Shown here: piece by piece, positions 45,845-55,835 of the stretch
Numbering within the stretch: the stretch's first letter is position 1
Layout of the letters: each line of letters begins with the position of its first letter
Assembly: GCA_963764165.1 (NCBI GenBank)
Contig: CAVXRD010000002.1
Span: 1,440,001-1,504,000, forward strand
Direction of reading: 5' to 3'
Length of the DNA stretch: 64,000 nucleotides
DNA from: an uncultured Verrucomicrobiae bacterium
Lineage (GTDB): Bacteria > Verrucomicrobiota > Verrucomicrobiia > Limisphaerales > Palsa-1400
Notes under the pieces: model-generated
What the model was told of the DNA's origin: nothing
Databases searched by the model: none
The model's input: the letters and a program-made list of their open reading frames with translations, nothing else
Translations under genes and position numbers: made by a program

Positions 45845-45909
45845 AATGTAGCGGGTTTGTGGCGGACATGCGGCGCCCAATGCAGGGTTCCTCCGCATTT
45901 TCAGTGGAA
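45845..45909. repeat. Degenerate iteron-like element (copy V2)
   Basis: tgtagc/tgtggc/tgcggc at 45847, 45858 and 45869; 45885-45909 matches 45734-45758 at 21/25. Confidence 0.7.
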
Positions 45910-45985
45910 TTCCCTCGCGATATTCCAGCTTGCGGCCCCCCCACCCAATCCAACGGGAGTCCTGTTTGGATTGGCGAAGTAAACT

Positions 45986-46885
45986 TCACATCATGGCCAG
46001 CAGCGTCGCGGCCATCTCAGACGGGGTCGCGGCGATGCCGATGCCTGCTTTCTTGAACGCCTCGATTTTCGCGGACGCTGTTCCCTTGCCGCCGCTGACA
46101 ATTGCGCCGGCGTGGCCCATGCGGCGTCCCGGAGGCGCGGTTGCGCCTGCGATAAATCCAGCCACCGGCTTGCGCCCGTGCGTTTGAATCCACTCGGCCG
46201 CTTCCTCTTCCGCCGAGCCGCCGATTTCGCCGATCATGATGATGCCGTGCGTTTCCGGGTCGTCATTGAACATTTTGATGATGTCGAGGTGCGACGTTCC
46301 GTTGACAGGATCGCCGCCAATGCCAACGCAAGTGGATTGGCCGACGCCGCGGCAGGTCAATTGCCAGACAGCTTCGTAAGTCAAAGTTCCGCTGCGCGAT
46401 ACCACGCCGATGTTTCCCTTTTTGTGAATGTATCCCGGCGCAATGCCGATGCGGCAGCCGCCGTGCGAATCCTTGCCTTCGCCCGGAGTGACAAGGCCGG
46501 GGCAATTCGGGCCGATCAAGCGTGTTTTTCCGCCGCGCATCGCCTCCTTCACCTTGATCATGTCTTTGACAGCAATGCCCTCGGTGATGCAAACAGCGAG
46601 ATCCAAACCGGCGTTGGCCGCTTCCAAAATCGCGTCGGCCGCGAAGGGAGGCGGCACAAAAATCGCCGAAACGGTGGCGCCAGTGTGCCGGGCGGCTTCG
46701 CCCACGGTGTCAAATACAGGAATTCTGTGGCTGCCGTGCTCGAACACCTGCCCGCCCTTTCCCGGCGTCACGCCCGCCACGATTTGCGTTCCGTAATCCA
46801 GCGAAAGCTGGGTGTGTTTTGCGCCAAAACTGCCGGTGATGCCTTGGACCAGGACCTTCGTATCGGGCTTAATCAGAATGGACAT
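45986..46885 (-). CDS. sucD: Succinyl-CoA synthetase subunit alpha
   Basis: 'VQGITG', 'GVTPGKGG', 'IGPNCPG', '[10 protein letters not shown]', 'GRRMGHAGA'. Confidence 0.97.
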   Translation of the reverse strand: MSILIKPDTKVLVQGITGSFGAKHTQLSLDYGTQIVAGVTPGKGGQVFEHGSHRIPVFDTVGEAARHTGATVSAIFVPPPFAADAILEAANAGLDLAVCITEGIAVKDMIKVKEAMRGGKTRLIGPNCPGLVTPGEGKDSHGGCRIGIAPGYIHKKGNIGVVSRSGTLTYEAVWQLTCRGVGQSTCVGIGGDPVNGTSHLDIIKMFNDDPETHGIIMIGEIGGSAEEEAAEWIQTHGRKPVAGFIAGATAPPGRRMGHAGAIVSGGKGTASAKIEAFKKAGIGIAATPSEMAATLLAMM

Positions 46886-46933
46886 ATTTAATTGAGAATG
46901 AAAAAAAAGTTTGCTGCTCTGCGAATCAAAAAG

Positions 46934-47296
46934 TTATTGCGCCGCTTTCCGTTTGTGAATCATGAGCTGGTTTCCATCCGGATCGGCGATCATGGCGAAC
47001 CAGCACACGGGCGATTCCGTTTTTTCCAGCGCAAATTTCACGCCCTTCGCTTTGAATTTCGCCACCTCTTCGTCGATGTCAGAGACCTCGAACGCAATTA
47101 CAGTGCCCTCGCTGGCCGGTTTCCAAACATCGCCGTAACAGCCAATGGCGAACGTTCCCGCGCCAAGCTCGTATTCCACCCACATTCCGCCTGCGGAAAT
47201 CATGCCGGGTTTCAGTCCCAGGATGCCTTCATAAAATTCGCGCGCGCGCGGCATGTCCGTTACCGGAGTTCCTGTGAATGCGATTTCAGTGATCAT
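46934..47296 (-). CDS. VOC/glyoxalase family protein
   Basis: 'PVTDMPRAREFYEGILGL', 'AFEVSDID', 'DPDGNQL'. Confidence 0.9.
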   Translation of the reverse strand: MITEIAFTGTPVTDMPRAREFYEGILGLKPGMISAGGMWVEYELGAGTFAIGCYGDVWKPASEGTVIAFEVSDIDEEVAKFKAKGVKFALEKTESPVCWFAMIADPDGNQLMIHKRKAAQ

Positions 47297-47419
47297 AATA
47301 TCCTTTCAATGGCGGCGCTTAACATAACAAGCCCGCCGCCCGTGGCAACTCTGGCGTAGCGCAGACTTCCAAAATCTTTTGTGCATGATATTTCGCGCAT
47401 CTCCCCTTACTGTGAGCGA

Positions 47420-48019
47420 ATGGCAGACTCATTACCCGATCCTCTGTGGAAAGAATACAGCGTCGTCTTTGAGAAGTTCGACGAGATGACGCTGGCGCGC
47501 TGGCTTGCCCAGACGCTGGGGCAATTGGAAGGGCGGGTTTGGCGTTTTTCTCATCCGCTCGTGGGCGCCTACCGCCTCGCGGCGGAGGTCGGGCATGACC
47601 GGCAAATCTGGCACAAGCGCCTGGCCACGGTTCCGGCTAATTTTTCCGAAGCGCCTTGCTGCCGGGCGCCGGTTCTGCCGCTTTTCAGCCGCGATGTTTT
47701 GCAGCGCGGACTCATCTGCCAGCATTGCTCGGAGACGCTCGTTGCGTTTGACGATCTGCCAGGCGATTTGCAGCCTTCGGTCCGCCAATGGGCCGAGGAT
47801 TATGGCCCCGTTCACGCCGTCGCCCACTGGGAAGATCGCCAGCGGCAAAGCGTGCCGGATTACGACCAGGCTTTCGATGACGCCGCAGAAGAAGCCGAGA
47901 AGTTGCTCGCCATCGCCGGAAATCAATTGATGCCGAAATTTCTGGATCACTTCCCAGCCATCGTTTGGGAGGACCAGGACGAATGCCTGGAAGTTCGCCC
48001 CGAGGATATTATCTATTAG
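47420..48019 (+). CDS. Hypothetical protein with possible Zn-binding Cys pairs
   Basis: Well-formed ORF at the head of a 3-gene run; 'PCCRAP' and 'CQHC'. Confidence 0.7.
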   Translation: MADSLPDPLWKEYSVVFEKFDEMTLARWLAQTLGQLEGRVWRFSHPLVGAYRLAAEVGHDRQIWHKRLATVPANFSEAPCCRAPVLPLFSRDVLQRGLICQHCSETLVAFDDLPGDLQPSVRQWAEDYGPVHAVAHWEDRQRQSVPDYDQAFDDAAEEAEKLLAIAGNQLMPKFLDHFPAIVWEDQDECLEVRPEDIIY

Positions 48020-48028
48020 GCGACAACT

Positions 48029-48721
48029 ATGCGTCGTCTCTTCCGATGGGCTTTTCGACTGGCGCTGGTGCTCCTCGTTCTGACGGTGCTGGCGGCGGGG
48101 TCGGGAATTCTGTTGATGGACACGATTGCGCGCGAAGTCCTCGTGAGCCGGATTCGCAAGAAGACGGGGATGGATGTCAAAGTTTCCGCCGTCCACGTCG
48201 GCTTGATGTCGCCGACGATTAACATCGAGGGTTTGAAACTTTACAACCGCCCGGAATTTGGAGGCTCGCTCTGCCTCGACATGCCGGAACTGCACATCGA
48301 TTACGATCTGTCCGCGTTTCGCGCGCGCAAGCTGCACCTGACTATGGTGCGATTGGAGCTGGCTGAGCTTTCCGTTTTGCAAACGCGCGACGGACGGAAC
48401 AATTTCGATTATTTGCCGATGAAAACGCACGCGCCCGTGCCGCTGCCCGCCAAAAATGCTCACAGTCCCAGGAAATTCGAGTTCGTGGAAATCGACACGT
48501 TGAACGTGAGCCTGGGAAAATTTCGCATGAGCAACATCGCCACCGGGCGCGGCGAGGAAATCGATTTCAACATCAAGAACGAGATACTGCACCACGTCAA
48601 GAGCGAGGATGATCTGGCGTCTCTGGGAATCGCGGCGCTAAACCACGCCAAGGCCACCGAGGCGGACAGAAAGAATTCGGATTTGTCAAAGCTGCTGGAC
48701 GGTCTGGTGGAGGAACCTTGA
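48029..48721 (+). CDS. AsmA-like N-terminal domain membrane-anchored protein
   Basis: N-terminal TM, 'TGMDVKV..V...I.GLKLYN..EF', 'DGRNNF'. Confidence 0.65.
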   Translation: MRRLFRWAFRLALVLLVLTVLAAGSGILLMDTIAREVLVSRIRKKTGMDVKVSAVHVGLMSPTINIEGLKLYNRPEFGGSLCLDMPELHIDYDLSAFRARKLHLTMVRLELAELSVLQTRDGRNNFDYLPMKTHAPVPLPAKNAHSPRKFEFVEIDTLNVSLGKFRMSNIATGRGEEIDFNIKNEILHHVKSEDDLASLGIAALNHAKATEADRKNSDLSKLLDGLVEEP

Positions 48722-48740
48722 CGGACATCAACGTCTCTTT

Positions 48741-49394
48741 GTGCCAAAGTGGTTGAAATTGTTGATCGGCCTGCTTCTGGCGCCGGTCTGCCTTGCAACG
48801 GCGCACGCGCTGTGGATCGTGATGGGCCAGGCCAAATCGGCAGATCGATTCTGGCTGCCGTTTTTCGCGGGAGCAGCTTCCTGGGTCGCGGTTTTTCTGC
48901 TTCTGCCAAAACCAATGTGGGCTTATGTGATGGGACACGAGGCAACGCACGTGGTTTGGACTTGGTTATTTGGCGGAAAGGTAAAGCGGTTCAAAGTGTC
49001 GTCGTCAGGCGGGCATGTGATTGTCACGAAGGATAATTTTCTGATTTCGCTCGCGCCATATTTTTTCCCGTTCTACGCCGCGATGCTCGTGCTCGTTTAT
49101 CTCTTCGGCGATTTGATTTGGAATTGGCACCGATATTATCAGCCGTGGTTTCACTTGCTGCTGGGCGCGGCTTATGCGTTTCACATCACGCTGACCATTG
49201 AAGTGCTGAAAGTGCGGCAGACTGACATCACGAGCCACGGCTATCTTTTTTCGACGGTCGTCATTTTTCTGGGCAACGCCCTGGTGCTCCTGGCAGCGGT
49301 GCCGTTGCTGACAGGGCACGACTTGTATTACGCGGCGCGCTGCTGGTTCGATTGCAATCACCAAATGTTCCACCGCGTGGCGAATTTGTTTTAG
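48741..49394 (+). CDS. Membrane metalloprotease-like protein (M50B-like)
   Basis: Multi-TM, HExxH 'GHEATH', 'GG.V', 'LAPYFFP', 'TD'. Confidence 0.7.
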   Translation: MPKWLKLLIGLLLAPVCLATAHALWIVMGQAKSADRFWLPFFAGAASWVAVFLLLPKPMWAYVMGHEATHVVWTWLFGGKVKRFKVSSSGGHVIVTKDNFLISLAPYFFPFYAAMLVLVYLFGDLIWNWHRYYQPWFHLLLGAAYAFHITLTIEVLKVRQTDITSHGYLFSTVVIFLGNALVLLAAVPLLTGHDLYYAARCWFDCNHQMFHRVANLF

Positions 49395-49406
49395 CTTACC
49401 GGAACG

Positions 49407-49576
49407 GCAGATGCATTTGGGAGCGCGACCGTCCCGGTCGCTCTGTCCGGCGTCTCGCCGGACAGTCCAACAGCTTTTTGGCGATCACTGTTTGGTGGGA
49501 TGCCTTCGCGCGAAGAGTTTTCGGCGGGACGCCGAAAACAGCGGTCGAGACGACCGCGCTCCCAAATCCAACTGCA
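49407..49576. repeat. Palindromic REP/MITE-like element between convergent genes
   Basis: atttgggagcgcg ... cgcgctcccaaat terminal inverted arms, internal gttttcggcgggacgccgaaaac hairpin. Confidence 0.7.
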
Positions 49577-49586
49577 TCATTCCTGC

Positions 49587-50933
49587 TTACACCGACCACG
49601 GGCTGCGATATTCCCGCGTCAGCCAGTGCTTGTCACCAGTGTGGTCCACAAACTTGAACTTATACGGATCCCAGCGCAAATGCGCGTGGTGATAGTAACT
49701 CTGGTTAATCAGGTGGCAGCAAATCGCCGAGCGTCCGCCAACTTGTTCGTTTGTGCTCGGCTTCTTGCGGCTCTTCATGCAGGACAGAAAATCGGTGGCG
49801 TGCTGGTTGCTGACGTAAAGTTTGATCGGCGCGTCCTTCAAATACATCTGCTCGGCTTTTTTCACTTCCGCGGCGCACGTGGTATCTTCGGTGTTTTGCC
49901 CTTCTTTTTTCGTGTCGAGAAATTGCGCGATGGTCTTGCCGTCCACGATAACCACAAATTTGCCGCGGTTGACTTGAACCTCCCCGTCCGTGCCAAAAAA
50001 ATCGACGCCGAATCCGTCCTTGTGCTCGACCGTGACGCCGTTGGCGTAAACGAGTGTCGCGCCGCGTTTCGCATTTGGATCCCAGGGCGGGACGACTTCG
50101 ACCGGGCCGGCCTCGTCCATGCCAAGGCCCCATTGCGCGATGTCGAGATGGTGAGCGCCCCAGTCGCCGACCGCGCCGCTGCCGTATTCCTTGTAAAGCC
50201 GCCAATCCGGGAAGCCTTGATGCACGCCGCGCGGGCTCAATATCGAATTGTAGCCGCGAAATGGCGCCGGGCCGCACCACATATCCCAATCGAGGCCCGG
50301 CTCCATCGCTTCCTCGGGCAAATCACACGGGCGGCCGGGATCGCCAAAGCTGCATTCGACGCGCTCGATTTTTCCGATGACTCCGTTGCGCACCAATTCG
50401 CACGCGATGCGAAATTCCTTCATCGAGCGCTGCATGGAGCCGGTCTGCAAAATCCGCTTGTGCGAATGGACCGTTTTCATCACTTCCACCGCCTCGTGAA
50501 TGTTGTGGGTCAAAGGCTTCTCGCAGTAAACATCCTTGCCCGAGCGCAACGCCGCCAAAGTCACGACGGCGTGCCAATGATCCGGCGTCGCCACGACGAC
50601 CGCATCAATGTCTTTGCGGGCGATCAATTCGCGAAACTGGCCGTAAACTGCGCAATCATTGTTTTTGTAATGTTTGTTGACCTCATTGCGTCCATTTTCA
50701 CGCCGCGTCGTGTCCACATCGCACACCGCCAGAACCTTGGTATTCTTATGCCCCAGAAAATTGCCAAGAAGGCCGCGCCCTTGCGTCCCCACACCCACGA
50801 AACCCAATGTGATTTTCTCGCTGGGCGCTGGATCGGCGGCCCAGATTTGCGACGGCAGAATAAACGGCGCCGCCGCGGTGAGGGAGGCGGTTCGCAAAAA
50901 GTGCCTGCGTGTAAACGAATTTTTCGATTTCAT
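49587..50933 (-). CDS. Gfo/Idh/MocA family oxidoreductase, Tat-exported
   Basis: 'TRRHFL', 'GFVGVGTQG', 'ATPDHWH', 'YCEKP', 'WDMWCGPAP', 'DWGAHHLD'. Confidence 0.93.
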   Translation of the reverse strand: MKSKNSFTRRHFLRTASLTAAAPFILPSQIWAADPAPSEKITLGFVGVGTQGRGLLGNFLGHKNTKVLAVCDVDTTRRENGRNEVNKHYKNNDCAVYGQFRELIARKDIDAVVVATPDHWHAVVTLAALRSGKDVYCEKPLTHNIHEAVEVMKTVHSHKRILQTGSMQRSMKEFRIACELVRNGVIGKIERVECSFGDPGRPCDLPEEAMEPGLDWDMWCGPAPFRGYNSILSPRGVHQGFPDWRLYKEYGSGAVGDWGAHHLDIAQWGLGMDEAGPVEVVPPWDPNAKRGATLVYANGVTVEHKDGFGVDFFGTDGEVQVNRGKFVVIVDGKTIAQFLDTKKEGQNTEDTTCAAEVKKAEQMYLKDAPIKLYVSNQHATDFLSCMKSRKKPSTNEQVGGRSAICCHLINQSYYHHAHLRWDPYKFKFVDHTGDKHWLTREYRSPWSV

Positions 50934-51282
50934 GGCGTCGTGCGTGATGGCGGCATCCTCGGTCAGTTCTGTTCCAAGGACAAGCTGATTAATATGAGGT
51001 TAATGGAGTCCAATGAATTATCCGACTCCCGAAGTCGGAATTTATTCATTTTCAGGGCCGCGAATGCGGGCTGACGATTGGCGACTCCAGCCGAGCCATC
51101 TTTTCAGAATAATGGAGAGCCATTCTTATGAAGTTTTTAACGGATAAGCAGGATTAAGCATGGTAACACTTTGGCAAGCTGGCATGAGTTCTGATAATAG
51201 TTTAGCCTTGAGGGAGCCAGCGCGTGCTTCGTCCTGCATGCAACGAATTGCGGTGTAATGCTTTGCATTGTTTTTGCCTAAG

Positions 51283-51311
51283 TTGACGAAACCCGCAGCC
51301 CTTAGTAGTAT
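51283..51311 (+). promoter_or_regulatory. sigma70 promoter of the 2-oxoacid oxidoreductase operon
   Basis: TTGACG-N17-TAGTAT about 100 nt upstream of ATG 51410. Confidence 0.65.
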
Positions 51312-51409
51312 GTCGGCGTGCTCCTAACATCAACAGCACGTCGGCGGTGTCGGTGCCACGGCCTCGCGGCGACAATGGGCAGCCATTAGATTTAATCTTG
51401 GAGTTTAAC

Positions 51410-53227
51410 ATGAGTGAATCCACAGTGACACCAGCCGTCGGCGGCGGTGCCCCAAATGTATCGAAAGTCTCGGAAGCCATCATCCGCTTCGCCGGAAATT
51501 CGCAGGACGGCATCCAGGCCATCGGCGGCTTTCTCGCGCGCCTGGCCGGGCGCAGTGAACAGGAAGTCATGACGTTCATGACCATTCCGTCCACCATTTC
51601 CGGTGGCCCATCCATATTCCAAGTCCGCATCGGCTCGGGCGAAGTCCTGAGCTCGGGCGACGAGGCGGATGTCCTGCTGGCCTTCTATCAGCATTCTTAC
51701 CAGGATCACATTGCCTCCGTGAAAAAGGGCGGCATCATTCTTTACGATTCCGACCACGTCCAGCCGAACCCGGCATGGGAGCACGAATACCGCCACGTCG
51801 GCGTGCCGATTTCCAGCCGGACCATTGAAGCCATCGGCGGCACCGGCAAGGACAAGGGCAAAAACATTTTCTCGCTCGGGCTGGTTGCAAAAATGTTTGA
51901 TCTCAACGTGCCGAAACTCGAACGCCTTATCAATGAACGCTTCGCTGGCAAGGACGAGAGCATTGCCAAGACGGCATTGAGCGCGTTCCAGAGCGGTTAC
52001 GGATATTCCCTCGGCAATCTCGCCGACACATTCCAATTTGTTGACGCGCAGAAGAAGGCGGGCCACCAACTGGTGATGACGGGCAACGAAGCGCTCGGTT
52101 ACGGATTGATCGCGGCGGGCGTGCGTTTCGGCGCGGCGTATCCAATCACGCCGTGGTCGGAAATCATGGAATTGCTGCGGCGCGAATTGCCGAAATATGG
52201 CGGCACGTTCGTGCAGTGCGAGGACGAAATTGCCTCCGCTTGCATGGCGATTGGCGCCGGCTGGGCTGGACGCGTGGCTGTGACAGGTTCCAGCGGACCC
52301 GGCGTCACGTTGAAAGGCGAAGCCATCGGCTGGGCAGTAATGGCAGAAGTTCCACTTGTTATTGTTGACGTTCAGCGCGGCGGGCCTTCCACCGGCATGC
52401 CCACCAGCGTCGAGCAATCTGATTTGAACCTCGCTGTTTACGGCGGGCACGGCGATTCTCCGCGCGTCGTTCTCGCGCCCTCCAGTGTGGAAGATTGCTT
52501 CTACATTGCGATTGAAGCCGTGAACATCGCCCGCAAATACAATGTGCCCGTTTTCATTCTGAGCGATCAATCGATTGCCACGCGCATCGAGGCCTTCGAA
52601 GAGCCGAATCTCGAAAAACTGTGCCAGGACCTGACGCCGGACTTCGCGCCGATTCCGGAATATATTCCGTATCCGGCCGATGGCCGCATTCAGCCGCGCC
52701 CCGCCGTCGGAACGCCGATTCTCAATGGAAAATATCCGCTCGCCACCGGCCTTGAGCACGACGAAATCGGACATCCCACCAGCTCGCCGAAATTGCACAT
52801 CGCGATGACAGCGCGACGCCGCAGCAAACTGCAGAAGCTGGCGGAAGAATTGCCGACGCCGCAAGTGTACGGCCCGCCGGAAGGGAACATTTTGCTGGTC
52901 GGCTGGGGTTCAACGAAGGGGCCGATTTGCGAAGCCGTTGACCGCGCCCGCGCGGCGGGAGACAGCGTATCGTCGCTGAACCTGACGCACATCAGCCCGC
53001 TGCCGCCGGGATTGGAAAACATTTTCGCGGGATTCAACCACGTCATTGTGGTCGAGATGAATGACGAAGGGCTTTACGGCTACGGACAATTGGCGAGCAT
53101 CTTGCGCGCCCGCTTTTGCATGCCGAAAATTGGCGGCTTGAACAAGACCGATGGTTTGACGTGGCGCGTCCGCGAAGTGCTGGATCGCACCAAGACTTAC
53201 ATCGCCGCCGGCATCCGCAAACTGTAA
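51410..53227 (+). CDS. korA: 2-oxoacid:ferredoxin oxidoreductase subunit alpha (gamma-alpha fusion)
   Basis: 'IRFAGNSQDG', 'YPITP', 'EDEIAS', 'SSGPG', 'QRGGPSTGMPT', 'GLEHD', 'GWGST'; substrate specificity not determinable. Confidence 0.9.
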   Translation: MSESTVTPAVGGGAPNVSKVSEAIIRFAGNSQDGIQAIGGFLARLAGRSEQEVMTFMTIPSTISGGPSIFQVRIGSGEVLSSGDEADVLLAFYQHSYQDHIASVKKGGIILYDSDHVQPNPAWEHEYRHVGVPISSRTIEAIGGTGKDKGKNIFSLGLVAKMFDLNVPKLERLINERFAGKDESIAKTALSAFQSGYGYSLGNLADTFQFVDAQKKAGHQLVMTGNEALGYGLIAAGVRFGAAYPITPWSEIMELLRRELPKYGGTFVQCEDEIASACMAIGAGWAGRVAVTGSSGPGVTLKGEAIGWAVMAEVPLVIVDVQRGGPSTGMPTSVEQSDLNLAVYGGHGDSPRVVLAPSSVEDCFYIAIEAVNIARKYNVPVFILSDQSIATRIEAFEEPNLEKLCQDLTPDFAPIPEYIPYPADGRIQPRPAVGTPILNGKYPLATGLEHDEIGHPTSSPKLHIAMTARRRSKLQKLAEELPTPQVYGPPEGNILLVGWGSTKGPICEAVDRARAAGDSVSSLNLTHISPLPPGLENIFAGFNHVIVVEMNDEGLYGYGQLASILRARFCMPKIGGLNKTDGLTWRVREVLDRTKTYIAAGIRKL

Positions 53228-53258
53228 ACCGAATTTTACCACCAGAAAAAATATTGAT

Positions 53259-54182
53259 ATGAGCGAAACGACTGCTGCAATCCCGGCTCCCGCCCCCGCC
53301 CTGCCGACAGAGCGCAAAGCGCTGACCAAAAAAGAACTGTCCGCCGATCATCCGACTTGGTGCCCGGGCTGCGGAGACTTCTCCGTGCTCGCGCTGTATT
53401 TCAAATTGCTGGAAAAACGGAAGCTGTGGCATGAGAAGATCGCCACCGTGGCAGGCATCGGCTGCTCGAGCCGCTTTCCGTATTTCGTCCAGGGCAACGG
53501 CGCCCACTTCATCCACGGCCGCGCCCTGCCGTTCGCCTCGGGTGTTTCGTTGACACGCCCTGATTTGCATTTGTTTGTGTTTGGCGGCGATGGCGACGCG
53601 TTCTCCATCGGCGGCAACCATCTTACCCACACCGCGCGCCGCAACATCAAGATGACCTACGTCATCATGGACAATTGGGTTTACGGCCTGACCAAGAAAC
53701 AAACGTCGCCGACCTCGCCGCTCGGTTTCAAGAGCAAGACGGATCAATGGGGCGCCATCGATCAGCCGATCAATCCGATGAAGCAATTGATCGCCGCCGG
53801 AGCGACGTTCGTTGCCCGCGCCACCCACACGAACCCAAACCACCTGCTGCAAATGATGGAAGCGGCGATGGATCACGACGGTTTCAGCGTCATCGAATGC
53901 TTGAGCGAATGCGTGGAGTTTTACGAAGGCGCATTCGACGCGTCCAATCCGCGCAAGGGCGGCAAATTTGAATTGGTGCCCGCCGACCACGACGTGACGA
54001 ACGAAATGGCCGCCTACAAATTGGCGGACGCAGCGTTCCCGGGGCATTTCGGCGTGTTCTACAAGAACAACCGCCCGACGAAGAACAAATTGGAGGCGGA
54101 CATCAACGCAAGTTACCGCGCGAAAGTCGCTGGCAAAAAGGATTGGGAAATCCTGCAAGCGACATTCAACCGGATGAAGTGA
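53259..54182 (+). CDS. korB: 2-oxoacid:ferredoxin oxidoreductase subunit beta
   Basis: 'WCPGCGD', 'GIGCSSR', 'HGRALP', TPP motif 'GDGD...DN..YGLTK.Q.SPT'. Confidence 0.92.
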   Translation: MSETTAAIPAPAPALPTERKALTKKELSADHPTWCPGCGDFSVLALYFKLLEKRKLWHEKIATVAGIGCSSRFPYFVQGNGAHFIHGRALPFASGVSLTRPDLHLFVFGGDGDAFSIGGNHLTHTARRNIKMTYVIMDNWVYGLTKKQTSPTSPLGFKSKTDQWGAIDQPINPMKQLIAAGATFVARATHTNPNHLLQMMEAAMDHDGFSVIECLSECVEFYEGAFDASNPRKGGKFELVPADHDVTNEMAAYKLADAAFPGHFGVFYKNNRPTKNKLEADINASYRAKVAGKKDWEILQATFNRMK

Positions 54183-54203
54183 GTCTCTGGAATGATTGAC
54201 GTC

Positions 54204-54263
54204 CGGCTCGGCAGGAGCCTTTTCCTGCCAAGCGCTGGGTAGGGGGAGGCTCCCGCCGAGCCG
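54204..54263. repeat. Inverted REP pair between convergent genes
   Basis: cggctcggcaggagcct ... aggctcccgccgagccg. Confidence 0.75.
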
Positions 54264-54278
54264 CGCAAACCAGATCCT

Positions 54279-55835
54279 TTACTCTGTATCCTTTGGCAGC
54301 GTCTTGACGTAAGCCGTCCAAAGATTCGTATTGACGTAAAGCTCGAGGAAAACCTGCGGGCGCAATTCGTAATACCCGGCCATCAAATGCGAGTGCCCGG
54401 GGCGGTCGTCGAAGGCAGCCTTCAGATTCGCCGCCGCGATGACAATGGGAGTCAGAGGAGCTTTCGGAATTTCGTCCCAATAACCGACCTGCAAGCCTCG
54501 GAAATACCACGGCAGCGGCCAGTAACTTTCCTGCGACATCACTTCGATTTCCGTGTTCGTTCCCTCGGGTGAAACGGCGACCAGAGCCTTGACCGTCTCG
54601 ACCAGCTTCAGCGCGTCGGGAAGCGTCTGGCTGTAGACGTAGGGCGTCTTGGCGCTGTCGCAATACGGGATGCCATGAGCGTCAACTGCAAAATTCTGCC
54701 GCCAATCCTGCCAGACGAGATGGCTGACTCCGGCGCTGAGTGCCACCGCGAGCGCGGATCTGCTGGCAATGCCGCCACTCGACCGCCAGAGCAGGGCAGC
54801 GCCGGAACCCGCCAGAAGAATCATCCCGTGATAAAATCCGAGCAGGCACCAGGGCGTTTTGTAAGGCAGCGCGGTGTAAACAAGCGTCAAATATAACGTG
54901 TCAAAAGCGATGATCCGCAAGAGTGCCGATTTTCCACGCAAGGCACCTATGAACCCCACCGCTGCCAGCAGCAAAATGAATCCCTCGCTCCAAGCCGGGC
55001 CGCCTTTCGCGTGAAACCAAGCCAGCCGCTCGAAATAAAAGAACCACGAATGCGCGTGCTCGGTGGCCCCGCCGGCGCGGCGGAACCACGGCAGATAGGT
55101 GCGCACGGCGTCTGCCAGACCGGCGCTATTCGTGAAGAAGGATGTGAAGAATAGGACGGATGTGAATAATGCGCAGGCTGCCGCCCCGATGATGTGCCTC
55201 CAATTCCATTTTGCGGGAAACGCCTCTGAGGATGGGCCTGTGAAGTGCCCCCAAATTCTCGCTGACACCACTGCCCCCGCCATCGCGGCCAGCGCAAAAA
55301 CGAATGTCTCCTTGGTTGCGTACATCGCGCCAATTCCCACTCCTGTTCCCATCAGCCACGCGGCGCGCCCGGACTTCGCGTAACGCCACGCGCAGCCAAA
55401 CGCGGCCATGCTGAAGAAAATCAGCAGCATTTCGTGTATGTAATACCGACTGTAAAAAACCATCGCCGGGGAAACGGCAATAAAGACCGCCGACCAAAAT
55501 GTCTCCGCCCGCCCGAAGTCTTTCGCGACGAGCGTCAATAATAGGATCAACCCGAGGCCGAACGCGACAGTGACACTGCGGTAAGTGGCCTCGGTGAACC
55601 GATTGAAATCGCCGCCGCCTTGCAGCCAGGCAGCGGGAAGGGTGAAGTAAGGGAGCGTCGGGCCGTGAAATTCGTCCGGGTTGTATTTGTAATTATTGTC
55701 GACATAGAGGGCGCGAAATTTCATCGCGTTCACGCCCTCATCGTTGTGCAGGGGCCGGAGCCTCAGCTCTGGCGCCCGCAAAGCAAATCCCAGCGCCAGC
55801 AGCAGAACGAGCCCTGCCAGCGCCGCGCGGTTCAT
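54279..55835 (-). CDS. TIGR03663/Agl23-like GT-C (PMT_2) membrane glycosyltransferase
   Basis: 'RPLHNDEGVNA', 'Y.YNPDEFHGPTLPY', 'SPAMVFYSRYYIHE', 'ATKET', 'PYKTPW', 'WPLPWYFR'. Confidence 0.85.
   Translation of the reverse strand: MNRAALAGLVLLLALGFALRAPELRLRPLHNDEGVNAMKFRALYVDNNYKYNPDEFHGPTLPYFTLPAAWLQGGGDFNRFTEATYRSVTVAFGLGLILLLTLVAKDFGRAETFWSAVFIAVSPAMVFYSRYYIHEMLLIFFSMAAFGCAWRYAKSGRAAWLMGTGVGIGAMYATKETFVFALAAMAGAVVSARIWGHFTGPSSEAFPAKWNWRHIIGAAACALFTSVLFFTSFFTNSAGLADAVRTYLPWFRRAGGATEHAHSWFFYFERLAWFHAKGGPAWSEGFILLLAAVGFIGALRGKSALLRIIAFDTLYLTLVYTALPYKTPWCLLGFYHGMILLAGSGAALLWRSSGGIASRSALAVALSAGVSHLVWQDWRQNFAVDAHGIPYCDSAKTPYVYSQTLPDALKLVETVKALVAVSPEGTNTEIEVMSQESYWPLPWYFRGLQVGYWDEIPKAPLTPIVIAAANLKAAFDDRPGHSHLMAGYYELRPQVFLELYVNTNLWTAYVKTLPKDTE

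Noticed and set aside
50934..51409. Riboswitch or ncRNA upstream of korA
   Set aside because: Only a sigma70 promoter and a short hairpin are evident; no recognisable aptamer consensus.
49500..54158. Long antisense ORFs (49500-51074, 51392-52864, 53043-54158) and similar ones elsewhere
   Set aside because: Typical high-GC shadows of well-supported genes on the opposite strand.
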